DNA from: an uncultured Algimonas sp.
GTDB lineage: Bacteria; Pseudomonadota; Alphaproteobacteria; Caulobacterales; Maricaulaceae
Assembly (NCBI GenBank): GCA_964352855.1
Contig: CAYGTR010000013.1
Span: 3,782-67,781 of the forward strand
Direction of reading: 5' to 3'
Length of the DNA stretch: 64,000 nt
The notes under the pieces: model-generated
What the model saw: only the letters and a program-made list of their open reading frames with translations
What the model was told of the DNA's origin: nothing
Database searches by the model: none
Shown: positions 56,608 to 64,000 of the stretch, in pieces
Layout: every line of letters begins with the position of its first letter
Numbering within the stretch: position 1 is the first letter of the stretch
Translations under genes and position numbers: made by a program

Positions 56608-58126
56608 TTTCGGGTTCCAAATCTAATTTTTGTGCTAGTTTTTTTAAACGGAAAAACACCTGTTCAGAAATTAACGCGCGTTCAGACGGTTCGACATTTA
56701 AAACAAGCTTATTGCCGACCTTAGAAAGTGAAAAGACATCTAATAATTCAGATGAACGACCTGTTGCCACGATCGCCAAGCGAATAGTTGCGCCAATCAT
56801 TCGGGCGACGCACCTGTGATCCGGCGTTAGCAAGGCATCAATAATATTGGGCGTGGGTACAGGACGTGTCGACGTATAAGATCGAAACAGGCATAAAGCC
56901 AAAAATGCGCGTTCCTGATGGGTTAGGCCCGCCACAGGCGCATAAAGAACAGCCGCAAAGATCGCTTCCGGCCTGTAATCAGGATGCAAATCCTTACCAA
57001 TACCGGCCATTAAGCAAGCCGCCTTTATAAGACGCACATCGTCAGCTTTGTTGAAAACTGTCGGGAATAATGGCTTAATCGGTTTCACAAAGCGGATAAG
57101 CGGACGCCCGAAATTTTCAGTTTGCAAAGACCCTTTTGCAAAGGCACGACATCCATCAAAGAGAGGGTCCCTTTGCCTTTGCGCTTCAGGTATCGCGTTC
57201 TGGACTAATCCCTCACGCAAACCGGATTGAGAGATCATAACAAATTTTGGCTGGACTATATCAATTAGAATATCAAGTAAGAGGCCACTATATGGTAATG
57301 TCTCTGCACGGCGCGTTCGCATGCCGGGCCAAGTTAAAATAGTCTCCCGACCTTCGCCGTAAGCCCATTGCGCATGTTTTTGCGCGACCTTTGGTAACAT
57401 TGTGTAGCTCTGTAATGTCCGCAAAGGGTAATCAATATTACTTTGATGGATAGAAGCCAGGTTTCTCCATGCGCCCCCAATAAGATAGAGCGTCCTGCCG
57501 CGCCCGTTTTTCACCAACGTTTCATGCTGCGAAAGATATTTGCGGATTTTCTTTTCTGCTTTTTTTATCTGAGCTTCCGATAGGTCGGATAAATCATCTC
57601 CAATCAAATCAAATGGTCCAAGAGGCAGCGATAAGCGTTTTCCGACGAGAGGCTCTACCTTGCCTTGTTTAATTTCTACGAGTTCAAGACTCGCACCGCC
57701 CAAATCTGCTGCTAATCCTCTTGCACGCGGATGCATGGAAATAAGCCCCATCGCACTCAAACGCGCTTCTTCGTCCCCGCTAATGGGTACAATATCCATG
57801 CCGATATCTGATTTTATTTTTGCAAGAAAGTCTGCGGCATCTTCCGCAACGCGCAACGCCGCCGTCGCCCCGAAAATGAGTGTTGGCAACCCTCTTGCTT
57901 TCGCAATACGATCGAAACGTTTAAGGGCCTGTAGCGTTAAAGTTTTCCCCTCTTCAGACAATCGGGACGTCTTTTTGAGGGATCGGCCCAATCCTGCTAA
58001 AATTTTCTCATTATATATCGGTGTGAAGTGTGCACCGAAAACATCATAAATAACAAGCCGAACTGAGTTTGAACCGATATCCACGACGCCAATTTCACGC
58101 CCGATAGATTGAGTCGTAAGGCTCAC
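56600..58126 (-). CDS. ppx: exopolyphosphatase (Ppx/GppA family)
   Basis: VVDIGSNSVRLVIY and DLGGASLEL actin-like ATPase motifs. 4-nt overlap with ppk upstream. Confidence 0.9.
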   Translation of the reverse strand: MSLTTQSIGREIGVVDIGSNSVRLVIYDVFGAHFTPIYNEKILAGLGRSLKKTSRLSEEGKTLTLQALKRFDRIAKARGLPTLIFGATAALRVAEDAADFLAKIKSDIGMDIVPISGDEEARLSAMGLISMHPRARGLAADLGGASLELVEIKQGKVEPLVGKRLSLPLGPFDLIGDDLSDLSEAQIKKAEKKIRKYLSQHETLVKNGRGRTLYLIGGAWRNLASIHQSNIDYPLRTLQSYTMLPKVAQKHAQWAYGEGRETILTWPGMRTRRAETLPYSGLLLDILIDIVQPKFVMISQSGLREGLVQNAIPEAQRQRDPLFDGCRAFAKGSLQTENFGRPLIRFVKPIKPLFPTVFNKADDVRLIKAACLMAGIGKDLHPDYRPEAIFAAVLYAPVAGLTHQERAFLALCLFRSYTSTRPVPTPNIIDALLTPDHRCVARMIGATIRLAIVATGRSSELLDVFSLSKVGNKLVLNVEPSERALISEQVFFRLKKLAQKLDLEPEIN

Positions 58127-60294
58127 GACTCAGACTGTTGGTTGACGGTACGCTTGCTTTTCGCCTTTAGTCTTTCAGAAAAAAGATCTTCGAGTGGTAA
58201 AGGTGCATCTGTATCCAGTGCCTGTCCACGGCCTGATAAAGATGGATTTTTCATAAAATAACCATGCGCGGAAAAAGGTTCAATATCGCCTTCGGTCACA
58301 ATACGTTTATATTTCCCCTTAGACTCCAGATTCCAACTATTGGCCGTATCCACGAGATTGGCAACCATAATTTGATCTAAAACTTGTCCGTGAACGGTGG
58401 GGTCCTCAATAGGGACTAGTGTTTCGACTCGTCTGTCCAAATTACGGGGCATCCAATCGGCACTTGAAACAAAAACCTTCGCATCATCATGGGGCATAAC
58501 TGCACCGTTTCCAAAACAAATAATACGAGAATGCTCTAAAAATCGCCCGACAATTGATTTGACTCTGATGTTTTCTGATAAACCCTCGACACCGGGACGC
58601 AGACAGCAAATCCCTCTCACAACCAAATCAATTTGCACCCCAGCTGCTGAGGCTTCGTAAAGCTTGTCAATAATCTCAACATCGACAAGAGAGTTCATCT
58701 TTGCCCAGATACAGGCGGGCTTTCCGGCTTTCGCGAAAGCAATTTCCTTATCTATATAATTATAGAGAGCATCTCTCAATCCCATCGGCGCAATAACAAG
58801 TTTCGTGAGATCTCTCGGACGAGAATAGCTCGTTATATAATTAAATAACTTTCCAACATCTTCAGCCATTTTTTTATCAGCTGTAAATAAAGCGAGATCG
58901 GTATAAACCTTGGCGTTGTCAGCGTGATAATTGCCCGTGCCTAAATGCGCATAACTACGAAGTCCCTGTCCCTCACGACGTAAAACAAGCGAAACTTTAG
59001 CGTGGGTTTTATACCCCACAAATCCGTAAACGACATGCGCACCCGCACGTTCTAAGTCCCTTGCCCAACGTAAATTCGTGGCCTCATCAAACCTGGCTTT
59101 AAGCTCGACAAGCGCTGTCACCGTTTTCCCTTTTTCTGCGGCCTCGATGAGAGCCGCCACGATAGGGCTATCATCAGATGTGCGGTAAAGGGTCTGTTTG
59201 ATCGCAACAACATCTGGATCAGCAGCCGCCTGTTTTAGAAACTGAATAACGACGTCAAATTCTTCATAAGGATGGTGAACAACAATGTCTTTCGCAGCGA
59301 TTGCCGCAAAACAATCCCCGTCAAACTCGCGAATACGTTCAGGAAAGCGCGCCGTGAATGAGGGAAATAATAAGTGAGGTTTGTGATTTGTAATAATCTG
59401 AGAGATATCTGAAAGCCCAAGCATCATGTTCTCGTCTTGAATATCTTCATCCCAACATTCAAAACTATCAATCAAAAATGTCCGCAAGTCTACATCAATG
59501 CCTGTTCCCGTTTCCAAACGAATGACGCGCCCACGACGGCGCTTTTTTAAAAGAAATTCAAAATGACGGACGAGATCTTCAGCATCTTCATCTACCGCAA
59601 TATCGCTGTCTCTTGTAATACGAAAGAGGCCGGTTGATTTAATCTTAAAGTCAGGAAAAAAATCACTGACATATGTTTCCAGAACATCTTCGATCAAGAC
59701 ATAAATAATCTCTTTGCCTTCGTTTGGTACAGTAATAAACCGAGAGACATGAGCAGGTATGGTTATAAGTCCATACATGGGGTCTTCGCGCCCTTCGACC
59801 TCCATGGACAACGCCATACCAAATCCGAGATTAGGGAGAAAGGGAAAGGGATGCGCCGGATCAACCGCAAGAGGTGAGAGTATCGGCAAGACCGTGCTAT
59901 CATAAATCTCTTTTACACTCTGGATTTGCGCATCATCCAAATCCGCCATTTTGCGAATATGGATATTTTCCTTAGCGAGTTCTGCGACCAGTTTTGTCCA
60001 ACACTCTCCTTGGCGCCGGACAATTTTTCCCGCCCGTCTTTCAACTTTCGCTATTTGCGCTTGCGGTGTCAGGCCATCATCTGAGGGCGTGGTCATTCCC
60101 GCCAGAATTTGCGTGCGAAGACCCGCGACACGCACCATATAAAATTCATCAAGATTAGAGGCCGAAATGGATAAGAATCTAACACGTTCAAGCAAAGGCA
60201 CAGAAGCGTTCTGTGCTTCCTCCATCACACGCGTGTTAAAAAACAGCCACGAAAGCTCTCTGTTGAAATAACGTTTTATAGGCTTGTTTATCAT
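58123..60294 (-). CDS. ppk: polyphosphate kinase 1
   Basis: YFNRELSWLFFNTRVMEEA N-terminus. Autophosphorylated-His region YKTHAKVSLV. C-terminal GRFLEHSRI. Confidence 0.95.
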   Translation of the reverse strand: MINKPIKRYFNRELSWLFFNTRVMEEAQNASVPLLERVRFLSISASNLDEFYMVRVAGLRTQILAGMTTPSDDGLTPQAQIAKVERRAGKIVRRQGECWTKLVAELAKENIHIRKMADLDDAQIQSVKEIYDSTVLPILSPLAVDPAHPFPFLPNLGFGMALSMEVEGREDPMYGLITIPAHVSRFITVPNEGKEIIYVLIEDVLETYVSDFFPDFKIKSTGLFRITRDSDIAVDEDAEDLVRHFEFLLKKRRRGRVIRLETGTGIDVDLRTFLIDSFECWDEDIQDENMMLGLSDISQIITNHKPHLLFPSFTARFPERIREFDGDCFAAIAAKDIVVHHPYEEFDVVIQFLKQAAADPDVVAIKQTLYRTSDDSPIVAALIEAAEKGKTVTALVELKARFDEATNLRWARDLERAGAHVVYGFVGYKTHAKVSLVLRREGQGLRSYAHLGTGNYHADNAKVYTDLALFTADKKMAEDVGKLFNYITSYSRPRDLTKLVIAPMGLRDALYNYIDKEIAFAKAGKPACIWAKMNSLVDVEIIDKLYEASAAGVQIDLVVRGICCLRPGVEGLSENIRVKSIVGRFLEHSRIICFGNGAVMPHDDAKVFVSSADWMPRNLDRRVETLVPIEDPTVHGQVLDQIMVANLVDTANSWNLESKGKYKRIVTEGDIEPFSAHGYFMKNPSLSGRGQALDTDAPLPLEDLFSERLKAKSKRTVNQQSES

Positions 60295-60366
60295 GAGCCT
60301 TTGTAGTCAAGCTAATCTGAAAAATATAGAGAGAAGACAGATTCTATCTGCGACAGTTTAAAACGC

Positions 60367-60846
60367 CTAGGCAGCTCTAACATCCTGATTTTCGGTCAAA
60401 ATCGTGTAAAGAGATTCAGCGTTCGGAGCCGCACGCAAGCGCTGACGCACTTCTTGACGGCGCAGCAGGCGAGAGACTTTCGCAAGAGCCCGCAGATGCG
60501 CGCCGCCTGCATCCCCCGGAGCCAATAAAAACACGACTAAATCAACAGCTCGGTCATCAACCGAATCAAACTCGAGAGGGTGGTTAAGCTTCGCAAAAAC
60601 AGCTACGACATGATCAACGCCGTCCAAACGTGCATGTGGTAGCGCCACACCATTACCAACACCTGTTGAGCCTAAACGTTCACGCTCTACGGACGCTGCG
60701 ACGATGTCGCGGCACGCGATACCTTTTTCCTCAAGTTTATGGGTCTTGATAAGTTTTGTCGCAATTTCTTGAAACAGTTGTTTCTGGCTTCCGACATTCA
60801 CATCAAAGAGAATATCTTCCGCATTAAAAAGCGGTGGGGTTTTCAT
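60367..60846 (-). CDS. ptsN: PTS IIA-like nitrogen regulatory protein (EIIA-Ntr)
   Basis: GVGNGVALPHARL phosphorylatable-His motif. 159 aa. Downstream of hpf. Confidence 0.88.
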   Translation of the reverse strand: MKTPPLFNAEDILFDVNVGSQKQLFQEIATKLIKTHKLEEKGIACRDIVAASVERERLGSTGVGNGVALPHARLDGVDHVVAVFAKLNHPLEFDSVDDRAVDLVVFLLAPGDAGGAHLRALAKVSRLLRRQEVRQRLRAAPNAESLYTILTENQDVRAA

Positions 60847-60986
60847 AACGGGGCCTATTGAGAGTCATAAACTGCGTAGCAGACTCTCTATTGATTTTGC
60901 TTATTCGGGCGCCCCCATAAAGGAGGGCTTTGAAAAGGTCAATTCACGGATGCAGGATACAAATTTCATCCACAAAATTTAAGGGG

Positions 60987-61574
60987 TTAGCCATCTGTAT
61001 CTTCAGGGTCGACCCAACCAATATTTCCGTCGGAGCGTTTGAAGACGACATTGATCCGGCCATGACGCGCGTTATGAAATACCACGACACCGCTATCGGC
61101 CAAGCCGAGCTCTAAGGCGGCCATAGAAGGTGTCATCGTCCGGATCTTTGATTGTCTCTCCGCAATGACAATGGGGTCGTCCTGAAGAACATCATCATCT
61201 TGACTTTCATCATCAACGTCCATGTCCCCGATCGGGTCCTGCAGAACAAAGAGAGACATATTTTTGGCTTTCGCCTTTTGGCTATGATCTTTAAGGCGGC
61301 GCTTATATCGTCTTAGCCGTTTTTCCATGTGATTAAGGGCTTCATCTGTTGCCCCGTAAGCTTCCTGAGCTTGTCCCTGACCTTCCATCGTCGCACCACT
61401 CGGAAGGTGAACCGAACACACCGTTCGAAAACCGCTACCCTCTCGGCTCACCGCGACATGGGCCTCCCCATCACGATGAATATACTTATCCATCATCTCT
61501 TCTAATCGGCCGGAAATGCGCTCACGCAGCGCAGGGGAAACATCAATACCTTTAGAAACGATTTGGATTTGCAT
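60987..61574 (-). CDS. hpf: ribosome hibernation promoting factor, long form
   Basis: MQIQIVSKGIDVSPALRERI N-terminus (S30AE family) plus a C-terminal dimerisation domain (IAERQSKIRTMTPSMAALEL...VVFHN...GRINVVFKRSDGNIGWV). Confidence 0.9.
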   Translation of the reverse strand: MQIQIVSKGIDVSPALRERISGRLEEMMDKYIHRDGEAHVAVSREGSGFRTVCSVHLPSGATMEGQGQAQEAYGATDEALNHMEKRLRRYKRRLKDHSQKAKAKNMSLFVLQDPIGDMDVDDESQDDDVLQDDPIVIAERQSKIRTMTPSMAALELGLADSGVVVFHNARHGRINVVFKRSDGNIGWVDPEDTDG

Positions 61575-61717
61575 TCTCGACCTCTCGTGATGGACTTATA
61601 ACTTTACCTTAACACGAAAATTTAGTCCTGACTGCCCTAAAACGTGTCTATGTCACAAATATGTATAAATTTAGTGGAGTGATAGCACCAAAGCAGCGAT
61701 TCGAACGTAGTCTAATC

Positions 61718-62572
61718 ATGGAAAATAACTTAACTACATTGGCAAGTCAGACCGAAAAGACAGCAAAATCACCTCAAATAGCTGATTTTCTGCGACAATG
61801 GGCCAATTTGGTGACAGCTCCTCTCATGTGGGTATTATCATCAATCTCCTTCTTTGACTCAAATGCCCGTACCCCGCGAGGCCTATCTGAGATAAATGAA
61901 AGCCTGCTAGTCCCGTTTGGGGCCGCCTTTTCGATTTGGCTCCCTATTTTCATAGGCTGCATCGCCTATGGTCTTTTGCAGGCTCTAAAAACCAATAGAA
62001 CCCGCGAGATTTTTCGTCATATCGGTTGGTGGACAGCCGCAGGCTTCACCCTGATTTGCATCTGGTCCTTGATCGCCGCCTATGCAACGGACACATATGC
62101 ACAATGGGGAACGGCGCTTGTCTTTGTGCCAGCTATGCTTTGCTTGGTTAAGGCCATGTTAGTCGCAACGAGAGCGAGAGCTGCGTTTGACAATTTAGAG
62201 AGCGTTTGTGTTTGGCTACCTTTAAGTCTCATCGCAGGGTGGACATCGATTGCCGTCTTCCTGAACTGGACACCGCTTCTTATGTCTTTAACCGCAACAG
62301 CTATGCCCGTCCTGCTGCCAAACATCTTTATGCTCCTAATCGCACTCATATGGTCAGCTTTTATTATCCGCCAAAGCGGCTCTAATCGTGCTTATGCCTT
62401 CCCTATTGTATGGGGCTTAGCATTTTTGGCTCTCAAACAACTCGTGACTGAGCCACAGTCAGCATTGATAGGTGTTTTCGCACTAATAGGCGCTTTATTG
62501 TTAGTCGGTGTCGCAGCGTATAAACCCAAAACAGATAAAGCCGATTTTGAAAACGCCTATAATTACGTTTAA
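61718..62572 (+). CDS. Trp-rich polytopic membrane protein of unknown function
   Basis: About 8 hydrophobic segments. I prefer the start at MENNLTTL (61718); the ORF extends to 61661. Confidence 0.55.
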   Translation: MENNLTTLASQTEKTAKSPQIADFLRQWANLVTAPLMWVLSSISFFDSNARTPRGLSEINESLLVPFGAAFSIWLPIFIGCIAYGLLQALKTNRTREIFRHIGWWTAAGFTLICIWSLIAAYATDTYAQWGTALVFVPAMLCLVKAMLVATRARAAFDNLESVCVWLPLSLIAGWTSIAVFLNWTPLLMSLTATAMPVLLPNIFMLLIALIWSAFIIRQSGSNRAYAFPIVWGLAFLALKQLVTEPQSALIGVFALIGALLLVGVAAYKPKTDKADFENAYNYV

Positions 62573-62657
62573 CCAACAGTCGACAAATTACCTCAATTCT
62601 TAGGATTTAGGTTATATCTACTAGAGCCGTATTAATGATTTTGGTAAAAGTAAGCTG

Positions 62658-64000
62658 TTAATGCCCTAAGCCTGAGCCCCCACCAAACTGTTCTGTCCAA
62701 TTAATAACATCATCGTCTTCTATTTTGGTAAATAAAAGTTCTGGAGATGATATTTCAAGGCCAATCGGCAGCGCTGAGAGGACAGACTCTATTTCTTTAA
62801 AGTTCCAACTTCGGTGCTCTTGTGGGACACCAATGGCATCTAAAATCTTTGCCGCTGCGACAGGAATAACCGGCATTGCAATAATCCCAAATAAGGCCAC
62901 AAGATTCAGGCCATAACGCACCCCAACAGCCGCCTGGTCAACATCCGTTTTGTAATGTGTCCAAGGTGCCGCCTGGGTCAGATATTCATTGCCTGCCGCC
63001 CAAATCGCGCGGGTCTCTGCCATGGCTTTACGAAACTCGCGCGCTTCATAATATTGTATCAAATTCGGAAGTCGCGTGTCTAATTCAGCTTTTAGCCAAG
63101 CTTCGGGTGCACCTTCGTCACCGCCCTCAGGAACTTTACCCTCAAATTTTCCAACGCAATATTTCGTAATGCGATTAACAAAATTTCCTAAAACGTTCGC
63201 TAAGTCCGAGTTAATTGAGGCTTGGAACTCTTCCCATGTAAAACCTGCATCGGAGCTTTCAGGCGCATTCGCCGTTAAATACCAACGCCAATAATCTGAT
63301 GGGGCAATATCAATGGCTTGATCCATGAAAACGCCGCGGCCTTGAGACGTCGAAAACTTGCCGCCATACCATGTCACCCAGTTAAAGGCTTTTAACTGGT
63401 CAACTAGCTTCCATGGCTCGCCGCTACCCATAATCGTCGTCGGAAAAGACAAAGTATGGAAAGCGACATTATCTTTGCCCATAAATTGCACATATTGCAC
63501 ATCATCCGCGCCCTTATCTGTGCGCCACCAACTTTCCCAATTCTTCCCGGTTTCAGCTGCCCAATCCTGTGTTGCGCCGATGTAAGCCACTGGCGCATCA
63601 AACCAGACGTAAAAGACCTTACCTTCGAAACCATCACGGGTTTTGCCATCGGCATTCACAACGGGAATACCCCAATCCAAATCACGTGTGATAGAGCGGT
63701 CCCGCAATCCTTCATCCAACCATTTTAAAGCAATGGATTTTGCCAGAGGCGGCCATCCCGTTGCCGCATTCACCCACTCACGGAGGTTTTCGCTCATCTT
63801 GGATTGCAAGAGATAAAGATGGTTTGTATTACGTATTTCGACATCGTGACTGCCGGACAGAGCTGAATAGGGTTTAATTAAATCAACGGGGTCGAGCAAC
63901 TTGCCGCAATTATCGCATTGATCGCCGCGCGCGGCTTCAAAGTCGCAATTCGGGCAAATCCCTTCGACATAGCGGTCCGGCAAATAACGCCCATCCGTAT
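62658..64000 (-). CDS. metG: methionyl-tRNA synthetase (C-terminal ~445 aa; N-terminus lies beyond the right edge)
   Basis: Zinc knuckle CPNC...CDNCG. KMSKS-equivalent KFSTSQG. The reading frame is open to the window end. Confidence 0.92.
   Translation of the reverse strand, partial: TDGRYLPDRYVEGICPNCDFEAARGDQCDNCGKLLDPVDLIKPYSALSGSHDVEIRNTNHLYLLQSKMSENLREWVNAATGWPPLAKSIALKWLDEGLRDRSITRDLDWGIPVVNADGKTRDGFEGKVFYVWFDAPVAYIGATQDWAAETGKNWESWWRTDKGADDVQYVQFMGKDNVAFHTLSFPTTIMGSGEPWKLVDQLKAFNWVTWYGGKFSTSQGRGVFMDQAIDIAPSDYWRWYLTANAPESSDAGFTWEEFQASINSDLANVLGNFVNRITKYCVGKFEGKVPEGGDEGAPEAWLKAELDTRLPNLIQYYEAREFRKAMAETRAIWAAGNEYLTQAAPWTHYKTDVDQAAVGVRYGLNLVALFGIIAMPVIPVAAAKILDAIGVPQEHRSWNFKEIESVLSALPIGLEISSPELLFTKIEDDDVINWTEQFGGGSGLGH

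Noticed and set aside
1-64000. CRISPR arrays, IS elements or transposases, integrases, prophage genes, toxin-antitoxin pairs, restriction-modification or other known defence systems
   Set aside because: None were recognised on either strand. The only nuclease-like gene (HNH, 54506-55090) is a small stand-alone protein of a type I recall as widely conserved in alphaproteobacteria, with no partner genes.

Overview
The window looks like a gene-dense chromosomal core region of a marine alphaproteobacterium, probably Caulobacterales/Hyphomonadaceae-like. This is inferred from a CtrA protein that matches Caulobacter CtrA over long stretches (from memory), a DivJ/PleC-type histidine kinase, petABC, and the fabA-fabB-fabI and hpf-ptsN neighbourhoods.

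I can support about 60 protein genes, one tRNA-Ser(GGA), and a truncated duplicate of that tRNA's 5' half. Most genes are housekeeping: msrA, purU, a class A PBP, trkH, hslO, ctrA, arsC, pdxY, petABC, trmL, hemF, fabA/B/I, gpmA, polA, sufE, ppx/ppk, ptsN, hpf and metG. I saw no CRISPR array, IS element, integrase, toxin-antitoxin pair or recognisable defence system.

The parts that look accessory or unexplained are:
1. An AT-rich patch (27.8-30.4 kb) holding a divergent pair. One gene is a non-canonical LuxR solo. The other is an unusual regulator with an internal LuxR HTH and a C-terminal alpha/beta-hydrolase fold whose catalytic residues look degenerate.
2. A second LuxR solo wedged between fabB and fabI.
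3. Three tandem paralogous beta-barrel outer-membrane proteins next to ctrA. Each has a lipobox, and two have long Gln/Gly/Tyr-rich low-complexity linkers. CtrA-type TTAACCAT half-sites lie upstream of ctrA and of one paralog.
4. An orphan BcsB-like secreted protein with no cellulose synthase gene nearby.
5. A tRNA-Ser 5'-half duplication.

All functional calls come from motif recognition by eye. No database search or computation was run.
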